This document shows positions 53,121 to 64,000 of a DNA stretch of 64,000 bases, in pieces (within the stretch, counting starts at the first letter, position 1; each line of letters begins with the position of its first letter). Below the pieces are notes generated by a model. It had not been told where the DNA came from. It saw only the letters and a list, made by a program, of their open reading frames with translations, and made no database searches. The translations under genes were made by a program, and so were the position numbers. This DNA comes from Ptychomitrium polyphyllum (lineage: Eukaryota): positions 13,826,001 through 13,890,000 of the forward strand of contig OZ316776.1 of NCBI GenBank assembly GCA_973851085.1, written 5' to 3'.

Positions 53121-55771
53121 CGATGCCAAAAAGAGTTACTAGTTTCATACATGCCAAGCTGTGCCTTATCTCAGCTGGTGTATTCATCCTCATTCAGGAG
53201 AGGGAAGACAAGAATTTCCCTCAATTATATAGAAAATTACTATGGTTAATTTTTTCCAACCTGGTGCGAGGAGATTTTTGTTATCAAGACCCACAAATGC
53301 TAGACATAGAATTCAGAAAGCTGCAAGATTCTCCTTCATCAGTAAGCTCTCTTTACCGATGTCTCTATATAGTTCAAGTCTGTTTCGACCTCTCTATGGT
53401 ATAGCTCGAAGGGTTTCACTTTAGTGAAACTTGTTCAAAATTTCGTTCTGGACTTCCAGTAAAATTTCCCAGTTAGCACTTGAAGAATCATGTGGTGTTA
53501 CTGATGTGATCTTTCACGTGTGCAGGTGTGTGTACTTTTGACTATTGGATCATCTCCGATTTATGTGCTTGCTGCTCGAGGACCATGTGTGCTCTTCCAG
53601 CTCCGTTTTTGCATTATAGCTGAAAATATGATATGGCCAACTGTAGTGAGGGTCCACCCATTGTGGTGATGCTGATTGGGTCGTCTTTCAATTTTTCGTC
53701 CTGAATCTCATCGAGAGTGTATTTGTCCAGTTTCTTACTTTGTTATAAGTGGAACATAATTGTAATTGGCTTGTAGGTTTAGTTCCATTTGAAGGGTCTA
53801 GTCAATATGACTATTGATCAGGTAGATCTTCTAGGTATATAATTCTGAGCAACACTCACATTATGTGATGAGGTTTTTAGATGTTTTCTGAATTATCATG
53901 GATTACATTTTGATTGAACTAGTGCGTCCTTAAATTTCTGTTTGCTAGTTCGGCAATGTATGGCTTTTTATCATTTGCCCAGATTTTGTCGAGTCTTTGA
54001 TCACAGCTTACCCAATTAAATTAGCTTCTACTCCATGGAGTTTCTTGAGATTTGTTTTGCAATTGGACATAAGAAAACCAGCAAATTTATCTACAAGGGA
54101 TGAAAAAATGGAAAAAAATGGATTTTTTTTTAATAAATAAATACATTTTGTGGTAATTTAACTTTCCAGCTTGTGAGTGGCAGTGTGCCTCTTGTTGCAA
54201 AATGTGTTGGAGATATCATTTGAGGAAGAGTAGTGCCCTTGCTCTTAGACCTGGGTAAAATGAATTCGTAGGCTGCAAATGTCAGTAGCTAAATTGAGAG
54301 CCTGCTCTTGAAATTGACCAGGTCCACCACCACTTCAAGTTCACTCTAGGCTGCAAGAGTCTCAGGTATCCAAGGTGCTACCACAGTCACTGGCCTTTGC
54401 AAGAGGTAAGGGTTCAAAAGGATTGGAACCACCTTGGTTAAATGTAATTCCACACCCCATGACTGGGACATCAGTGAGCTGTTCCAAGTCGCATCAACTT
54501 AATACTCTAAGGAATGTGACCCAGACTCCCCTGCTCTTGTGTACCTTGGTGTGTGCAGGCCAAAAGAAACTGTGATATTATGCATCTTACATATAAGCAC
54601 AGTAGATACTAATAGGGATATGTATTTGAAGTACAAAAGAAGAATAGATTTACTGGGGACATGTGAGGCTCATACTAAAAGTATGTGTATTGTCACAAAG
54701 CGTACATCTATTGTACGCTTTGAGAGTCCTGGGAGCTGCCATAAATTCCGCCAGATTCTATCCATTAACTCTTCGCATCCCACAAGCTGGTCTTTTTTCT
54801 TTTGTGTTCTTCTAGGAATCTTTGTGTATAGGTGCTCTGTGTACAGGTTGCTGTTATCCAATCATATGTACTAGATTTGATTCTTCATATCTTTGAAAAA
54901 CTTGCAGAACAAAAGCACCACATGGGTGTAGAATTTTATAACACGTGGATGTTTGTAATGCAATGCCTTAAAATATAAATTGGGATTTTGAATAGATTCA
55001 ACCAAAATTTATGTATCCATTTAATGAATCTATTAATGCAATTATGCAATTATGTAATCAAATTTGTGAAAGAAATGGCATGCACATCAATTATAAATTA
55101 TCAAGCTTAGCAATGAGTTCAAGTACTTTCAAAAACTAAAATGTATAAATTTCATAATTTACAACAATATCTCCACTAAAATCAACATCCTACTTCTCAA
55201 AATAAAGCAAAATTATAAAATTAATTGATACAAATCAAGAGATGAAAAGAATTACAATCACCACTTTAAAACAACATTGATGTTTAATTATTTTTCATCC
55301 AATAGACATCATTTCACCATTACACTTGCATAGTTTTTTACAATAAACTCCTTTAAACTATGGAATTAATAATCATGGTTCTTTAAACTTTGTAAACATT
55401 AACAATATAAATATACTTTTACATTTCTTTTACTTAGAATAAAATATATTCCAACACTTCATGTATAAAGGCAATTATTTCAAATTATATATACTGTAAT
55501 TAATGTCAATCAAGTGTATAAGGTGCTATATTTTGTCATAGATATTAGTATTTCAAAGTTTGATAAATTTAACCTAAAATTTTGTTTATTTTTTAAAATT
55601 AAATTTGGCAATTAAAATATGGTTGCCAAATACATGAAAGTTTAACTTGTTTTACTTGATTATCATTATAGTGTAAATAACATCAAGATTTAATTGCATC
55701 TTACCACCCAATTTCTTTAAACCTCAAATTGTTCAAATTATTCAACTTGGAAGATTAAATCAATTAATTTG

Positions 55772-55858
55772 TTAAAAGAATGGTGATATTTGTTGAAAGC
55801 CAAATATTTGTTGAAATCACAAATATTTGGCTTTCAACAAATATCACCATTCTTTTAA
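55772..55858. repeat. Perfect 40-bp inverted repeat with a 7-nt loop
   Basis: 55772-55811 (TTAAAAGAATGGTGATATTTGTTGAAAGCCAAATATTTGT) is the exact reverse complement of 55819-55858. Loop TGAAATC. Confidence 0.97.
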
Positions 55859-58642
55859 ATGAAAAATAGATTTTGTTTCACTAGTAGCGATTTTTATCAT
55901 GTTGGAATCAAATAGAAAGAATTGTAAAAGTAACAAAAAAAATACATTGGAAATAAAAAATTGGATTGAAAGAAAATAAAAGAGTTATAAAGCTAAAATT
56001 CACAGAAAGAAGAAGGAAGGAGGAATAAATCTCTATATATGAGTAAAGTTGGATTTTTATACATGCTACTTTTTGATTAAATCACAAGAATGGTCCAAAC
56101 TTCAACATTCAAAAGGCTCTTTAATCTCCTATGACCTATTGTTAAGGTCATTTAAGTATAAGAATTTTCTTTGTATTTTAGTTTTTTGACTTTGGATTCA
56201 TATACAAACTTCTATGTTTTTAAGATTTTTATTCATATTTAAATATGCCCGGATCTAAATAAAGACAAATACAATTCAAATGATAAAATTTATTCAAATA
56301 CTATATCACTTATAATCATTTTTATAAAATCCATTTTTTATGTGAAATGTACTTTACTTACTTACACTTACACGGCAGACCACTTATTAATTTTACAGCT
56401 GTTACGAATATGTGGATAAAATTTAAAAATCCTAGTTTCACCCACAAGAATTTTCACCTTTCACCTAAGAGACAATTCCAAGGTGAAGGTGTGAACTGCC
56501 AAGTGGAAGACAACCTTCACTTGATCAAACACTCAATTATGTGCAGCCATTAAGGTAACAACTCGCATGGTGCACCCTTGTTTCTTTGGATCCTCATGGT
56601 CAGATTCACTTACCCATCGATCTTGAGATCAGCCCAAATCTTGAGATTCTAAGTGTCCTAACTCACACTCCAAATGCAAGTTCTAGCTCTCGCTTGACTA
56701 AGGGCTCGCTATACCTGGGAGGCCCTTCCGTGGACACGAAGGTGGCTTTTTAATCGCGACACAGGCTGCCCATCTCAGCACCGCTGCCGCATCTAAACTC
56801 GCCCATTGGCCAGGCTTCGTCGTTCCCAAATGCGCCGTCGTTGCGTCGTCGCTGGTGCCCACTGTGTGTCAAGCAGCACTCTACTGTCCCCAGACCTGTC
56901 GCTTGCAGTGGCGCACTTCGTGAGTGCCGCTCCGTGCGTCCCCATTCCTCAAACCCCGGGCCCGCCCTCCCCCCAACTTAGTATAATTTGAAAAGATTAT
57001 ACTAATCTTTTCAAATTAGTATAATAGCATAATAACAATTTATTCTATAATATTACTATTTTCTTGAAATAAGGACAAATTATTGTCAATATTTCAAAAT
57101 TTCGTTATAAAATATCTTATATTTTATAAATTTATACTAATTTGGATAGTAAAATATTATTAAAGACTATTCTATATTTATACTAATACAATAAATATAA
57201 GAATCCTCAATTACTATAATTTATTCCAGTTTTAAATAACTACAAGACTTAGAATAAATGAGATTTCTAGTATCGGCAATAATTGTTCTGCATATTACAA
57301 TAATATCAAAGAAATTTTTAATTGATTTCTAAAAGTGTAAAGCCAATCATCAAAGAATCAATTGTTTTTTTCAACATTCAATTTATCATTGTGAATTTTT
57401 CATTGAAATAAAATTATAAATGAAAACATGTATATAATATGCTTCTTTTTATTTGATTTTATAAAACATTCAAAATTAACATAATATTCTGAAATTCTTG
57501 TAGAAAAAACCAAATTACTTATAATATACAATATAATTAAAAATATTTCATTTTAATGATATTTTGCAACAACTAATGTTCCATGGTAAAAGGTATCTTA
57601 ACTATATTTGCAATATGTATTCAAACTTAACAATTTTTTTAATTAAAAACAAAAAAAATAAAAATAATAGTTTACAAGCTTCATTTTATTTGGCATAGTT
57701 ATTTTTTACAAATGCAGTAGTTGACATATTATGGCCTAACTTGTGTTTAGGTAGAATCAATCCAAAAAGCTAACATACACTATATTTTGAACAAATTTTA
57801 TAATCTTATATATAATTAATAAACTACTAAGTATACTAAATTTTATATAGAAATGTAGCATCCTACTACCAAAATCCATTTTCAAAAAAATAAAAAATAA
57901 AAATTTGTATTGTAAGAAAACCAAAATTCATCAATTATGCAAATTTGCAGTAATTACTTTGAATTTTAAAAAATCAAGTTTTTATAAGCCACTTTGAGTG
58001 TTTCTACTTGTGCTTCTAAAAGGCCATGGAATTTTATTACAACAATTGTTAACTCACCTACACGAGCAATATCCAATTGTACCTTGGTTTTGAAATCCTT
58101 AAACCATTTGATAAGCAATTTGTCTATGAAATGTGCATTTTTTAAAGTTGGGATTCCACCTTTGTCTATTGAATAGGCTCTCCTTGAGCATTTAAAATTT
58201 TATAAGCCGAATTTGAAATGCGTGAGTTTTTACACCATGAGCTACTTCAAGTTGAACATGCAATTTTCCAAAATCCAAGAGTTTGTCAATTTAATTTGTG
58301 ATAAAGATGGGAATGTCCTTCTTATCAATTATCTTAACTTCCATCAATTTTCTTATAATGTAACTAAGGATATATAAAATAGAACTTTAAAAATGAACCA
58401 TATGGCACAATACAAATCTATAAAATCTCAAAAATTAAGAGTGGACAACAACAATCACCTATTAAATACTTGTCTCACCACTTGCTAAATACTAGGTACT
58501 AAGTTGTTGACTTAATGAAAGACTTCTTTCCTTGAAGACGTAGAAGAATCTATTATCAAAGATTTAAATTCTCAACTTCTTTAGATGTAAGCCAAACAAT
58601 GGGTTCAATTGAATATAAAAAAAACCATATAAGCCACCATTC

Positions 58643-59991
58643 ATGGCAAAAAAGTGAATTAGCGATTAGACTTAATTAGTATTTTAGAAATGACTTATCA
58701 CTAGGAGTTAGGATTAAATTACCAAGTTGAACAAGGAAGACCTAGAGGAATTTCCTTCAACTAAAAGAACTAAAGAACACTTGCTATAATCAAGTGCAAA
58801 CAAAGTACAAAAAGAAAAGAGAAAAGATATTGCAAGTAGTTAGAACCAAATTAGAGATAGGCTAGAAAAATTGGTAACAAGTTAGTATGACCACCCAAGT
58901 ATGTGCAAGGAGTTAGAATTGGTTGAGGTTGTTTAGGAGTCCACTTTGTCATTGAGACAAGGCGGCTTAGTCTAAAATTAGATTTTTGAGTTCAAAAGTT
59001 AGGGCACAATGCTAAAATATAGCAAGACAGCCAAGAGAAGGAAGAGGAAGAGAGAGAAGTAGGAGAAGAGATCGAGGGTGAGGAAGGAGAATGCTAAAAC
59101 TTTGACAAGAGATCACAAACAAATGATAGTAGTTATGAAATTGGGTTTTTTAAAAAGGAGGAAAAAAAATAAGGATTCCAACAAGCTAAGGGTTGTCCAA
59201 TTTCAATAAGGGACAAGGCGGTGGCGGCATTTTTAGTAGAAAGAGATTGGCTGCCGTCGCAGCTCAAGATACTCAACTTTGGAGGAGCGGATCATTGCGC
59301 ATACAACTCCAAATAGAGCAAAAATTATTGGAGAGGGTAGATCAAGTTGTGAAAACTTTATACACACCAAGATCACAAGGTTTGCAGCTGTAAAGCGTAG
59401 GTGGCAGCCAATTTGGTGCGACGAGGTCCACTGCCGGCGACTTCATTGTGTCTACTTAGGCTTTGAATCTTGTCCTCAGATTCTGGTTGTTTTCTCTCTC
59501 ATATTTAGAAACCAGCTTTTGAAATTTTGGAAGAAGTTAAATCTAGTAGTTGCAGTTCTATAGACACCAAGATCATAAGATTTGAAGTTGTAAGGCGCTC
59601 ATGGCTTCCAATTTGGTATGAGAGGGTCTTGTTGTCTTAAGTTGAAAATGTTGTGAGATTGATTAGAGTAATAGTTTGGTGGCTAGTGGTTTGGACCACT
59701 AAATAAGGGAAAATACCTTCTTAAATCAAGGCCAACTAAGTCATTAAAGCCTTCTAAAATATTAAGTCATTAGAGTTGTAGTAAACAAGTACTAATTTAG
59801 CATATAGCTATTTTACTATACTTTTAGTTAGATGTTCACTAATGTATGAGAATACTTGAATAATTATGAATTTGATTCTAATTTAAGTAAATTTAACTTG
59901 AACTACAATGAAACTTAGATAACCATAGCCTAAGTAGAATTGTGTGACTTAAATTGGCTTTTTGTATAGCGAGGGTTAATTTAGGCTCACA
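58643..59991 (-). repeat. Dispersed ~1.35-kb LTR-like repeat, copy 2
   Basis: Collinear with 21275-22681 in the same orientation (e.g. caagtgcaaacaaagtacaaaaagaaaagagaaaagatat; ggtggcagccaatttggtgcgacgaggtc). Confidence 0.85.
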
Positions 59992-59999
59992 CCAGACAA

Positions 60000-61300
60000 T
60001 CCTTCAGCAATCTAACTTCATCTCTGGATTGCTGATAATGAGCTTGGAATTAATGAAGTTGTTGAATTCTATTGTGGTTGCTTCTTCCATTGAAAACAAA
60101 TAGATTGAGATTAAAACATGAATATTTCAACAAAAATCTAACTTTGATTACACATGCATTGAAGAAATGAAGACTTGCCCGCCGAGAAGGCCGCTTGTTA
60201 AGTTATTGATCATCTACAACTTTTCTACGGACATCTTTAGCTTGATTTATTTCTTAATGAACCTTAATGCAAAAAGAAGTTGTCTTTTAAAACAAGATTC
60301 ACAACATTGATGTGCTTTTGGAATTGATTCATCAAATGTCATTGAAGCTTTGTGCTACGCCTTGCGCAATGCATCTATAATGCCTTGGAATGTGCATTCC
60401 TCCACTAGAGTCTCTTTATTGTACTTGCAAACACCATTGTCTGCAATCTTTAATAATTCTTGCTGTAAAAGAAACAACATATTAAGAAATGCATTTAATA
60501 AAAACAAATACAATGACAAGAAGATGAAAGATACAAAGATCATCTATTTCAACTTTCTAAAATTAATACAATATTTGAATTAGATTTGTTTCAATAAAAC
60601 TATGCTTTATCAACCTAAAACATTCATAATGATGAATGTTATAGATTGAAACGCAAGCTTGAAGAATTCATAAAATTGAATATAAAGAATGAAAACATTT
60701 ACATATTAATATTGTGCATTGTATTTAGTGGCACCACCACTAATAAATCCTATGTTAAGGATGATAAATTCTACAAAGATGTGTCATTTGCAATCCTCTG
60801 GGTGCATGCGGTTGATGAAGTACTTCCAAGCAAGCAATCAATGATTTTCATTCCATACAAAGAACACTTGATAAGAAAATTGAGCCAAATCAAAATCCTT
60901 TCCAACTTGAGCTTTGAACTTCTTGTTATTGTTTTTTTTCATTGGACCTCAACCTTGCTTATTTTCAACAAATACCAACTTTTCTTGCCTGACATTATTT
61001 GTTAGCAAAATGTCAAAAGTAAACATATTTAAAATAGCCATGCAAAGAACTTTACTTCATATTGCTCGATGTCCAACTTCATTGTTGGATATGCCCATTA
61101 AGTGGTAGAAAAGAATATGCAACTAGAACCTATTAATGGGCCGCATCTAAAGGCTATTGATGATGGCCATCAAATTCAACTTTTGAATAAATTGAAGGTT
61201 CTCCTTTGCCTCTTTATTCATGAACCTAAATTATTTTTCATCTTTGTCATCTTTTTCTTCTATGATTACAATTTTGGTGATAAGATGAAGTGAAGGATTT
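60000..61300 (-). pseudogene. Decayed coding frame with an eroded ParB/Srx-like DGNHR motif
   Basis: The minus strand from 60900 down to 60721 reads KDFDLAQFSYQVFFVWNENH*LLAWKYFINRMHPEDCK*HIFVEFIIL. Three transitions restore VWDGNHRLLAW. Extent approximate. Confidence 0.45.
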
Positions 61301-61519
61301 GTCAACTCCAACTCTTGATATTAAAACAAAATAATAATAGAAAAGTTATGAGCAATAACAAAAGATCTTAGCAAAATAAATTTCAGATATACATTTAGAG
61401 TTGTTTAATGAATACCAAGGATTTAAGCCACACATAGCTTCAAAAACTATCACAACAAACATTCAAGAATATTTTTTAAAAAAAAAAAAAATATGCAATT
61501 TTATAATTGGAAGAAAAAC

Positions 61520-63580
61520 AAACTTTTAGTGCCAAGAGTGTAAACAACAATGAAATCTGAAACAGTCCATTCAACTTAATTGTTTGGGCACGTTGAACAT
61601 TGTGAATTTCAGTGAGTCCAAATCTAGTGCAAATCAAACTCTTTCACCAAGAGTTTGAAATACATTCAAGTTTAGAAGCTGCAAACACTTAAATTAATCT
61701 CAATTAACATAGAAATAAAAGATTAAAAAATCAAATTTGCATATTAATCAGTTTCTTAACACCAAGAAAAAAACTAAAAAAAAAATTTGAAATTAATAAT
61801 GGAACCATATTGCCATGAGATTTTTAATTTCTTTAGTTTAATAAATAAAAACTTTGGTCCAAATCAAATTCTTGGCAATGAAAGTTTAAAATACAATTGA
61901 ACTTAGAAATGCATCATGTATTAACTTAAGCAAAAAACTACCAATGCATTTCCAAAATTGCTTGTATTTTAAACTCTTAGGAGTTTTTAAAAATGCATAT
62001 TTTTTAAACTCTCTAAGTCTCAATGCTAAAAATTTTAAATACAAAGAGAATTCAATATGCAAAATTTCATTGAAAAAGAAATTACTGGCATTGAAAATTT
62101 GAAACACAAGCAATTTTGTTACCAAACCTTGTTACTTAATTAAAGTATCAATTGTTAGTTCAATTTCAAAAACCCTTATATTTTAGACTATTGATGTTGA
62201 AAGTTTATAATACAAAAGAAATGCAAAACTGAAATGTTAGCAAATTTTAGACAATTAGCATTAAGTTATTATATTACAAGCAATTATAAATATTGTAAAT
62301 TCTATTGTATATATTTGTAACATTTGCAAATACAATTTCAAAAATGCTTGCATTTTATGTTCTTAGTGCAAAGAATTTAAATTACATAAGAATTCAAAAT
62401 CAAGGATCTAATGTAAGTTATATTCTTGGCACCAACAGTTTGTTTTACAAACAATATTGGATTTAGCATGTCTAGTTGTATAATAAACTTTCAACAACTA
62501 ACTCAAAAACCAAAAAATGCCAAACCTTGGGTATTGATAAGCTAAAATTTAACCTTTTTAACATTGTTATTATAAAATTTTATGAAATTTAATCTCTTGG
62601 TGTCAAAAAAATTAAATTTCATAGAATTTTGTGAAAGCAAGGTTTGAACAGTGACAACAAACAATTTCACATTGTGCACATTAAAAAACTAAATACATTC
62701 CATCCACAAACTAAAATATCATCTTTCAATACCAAAAAGTTAATTTTTGGCATTTATTAAGAAATATGAACAACATGAAACATCATCACCATATCTAGCC
62801 CATACTAACTTCCGTTGTTAACACTTTTCCAAAACAAGTCAGAAATTAAACTCTTGGTGTTAAGAGTAATAATTTCAATTATTTCCAGCAAATTTGGACT
62901 TTGGCTTTAAATTACAATTGCTCCAATTCAATACTACTGCAATTTAGAAAATAGAATAATCTAAATTCTTGGTGTTGAAAGTCTAAATTGCAAGCACTTT
63001 AAAGAACTTATTAGGATTGAAATATAATATTGCCAAGTTAAATCACGACTTTCAAAAAACTATATACATCAAGTAAAACCACCTCTTAGTGCTAGGAATT
63101 ACTTTTATAAATGATTTAAAAAATCTAAGAATGCTTAAATTCTAACAATTGGTTCTACTTCATTGCATTATCAAAACTGCACATCTCATGCAAAAGTATA
63201 TTTTGGCATTAAGACTTTATTTGACAAACACTTTACAATACCAAATAACATTGAAATATTTAAAACAAATTCTATTTCATTGTGTTCCTAAAACTACAAA
63301 CCTTGCCTAAAATTATCTCTTGCTGCCATGACTCTCCCATATAGACGTTTCTTAAATTTAATATTGTTGGAAATTAAAGACTTAGTTTCATATCAATTCA
63401 CTTAACTGCATTAAAAAAAACTACAACCCTTAAGCAATAGTCTTTCTTTAACACCAAGAACCTTTGTAACCAGAAGAAAATGCAACTTACCTTAATTCAA
63501 ACTGCAGCCTCAATCAGTTTTACAAATTATATTGAAAAGCAAAAAGATCTCATAAACTAATTCTCTCAATACCAAGAGTT
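61520..63580. repeat. Degenerate array (~116-bp period) of palindromic motifs, inferred consensus AAACTCTTGGCGCCAAGAGTTT
   Basis: Variants at ~61520, 61636, 61751, 61866, 62421, 62591, 62848, 62963, 63080, 63197, 63315, 63441 and 63560. Confidence 0.65.
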
Positions 63581-64000
63581 ATATAAACAAACTATGTATA
63601 CAATTTCTGATTTTAATTTTCAAACATGTGCTATTGTGAAATTTATAATTCCAACCTTTATTTTTTTGTCCTTGCTTTATTTGAAGCTTGGATCTATTTG
63701 TAATTGTTGCATTTACAATGAACTTTAGGATTAAGCGTCATGGCTTCAAAAATCAAGGTTAAAAAAGGAGAATTTTTAAATGATTCTTTCTATCATTTCT
63801 TACTTTGGCTTCCAAGGTAGGTTCTACTATGATATACTTATAACAATTCAAAATTGATATTCAAAGACCAATTTTGGCAACAAAAATTCAATTATCATAT
63901 GCAAATTTTAAATTCTTGTATTTTAAAACCTTCTAATATAAAATCATCAACCTTAACATTTATCATTCAACTTTGTTGACATGACAACCATCTAAAATAA

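Noticed and set aside
61520..63580. CRISPR-like repeat-spacer array
   Set aside because: Eukaryotic context, highly degenerate repeats, ~95-bp spacers and no cas genes. Kept only as a palindrome array.

Overview
Eukaryotic plant genomic DNA. A moss such as Physcomitrium is likely, inferred from the gene and transposon types and not proven. There are three zones. (1) 1-~28.8 kb is AT-rich and holds nested, decayed Ty3/gypsy LTR retroelements, including two chromovirus copies in opposite orientation, plus solo LTRs and a decayed FCP1/NIF-type phosphatase-like frame. (2) ~28.8-54 kb is a gene island with four intact, intron-containing + strand genes: proteasome assembly chaperone 2, a BSD-domain protein, a small conserved plant membrane protein and importin-11/KA120. 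(3) ~55-64 kb is AT-rich and decayed, with a perfect 40-bp hairpin, an LTR-like repeat, a decayed ParB-like (DGNHR) frame and a ~116-bp-period array of eroded palindromes. I found no complete new biological system. The best leads are a sharply bounded ~1.2-kb identity tract between two otherwise diverged inverted retroelements, a BSD-gene leader that appears copied from the neighbouring gene, and the ParB-like and FCP1-like relics of a possible uncharacterised large element. Exon boundaries were read by eye and identities were not computed.
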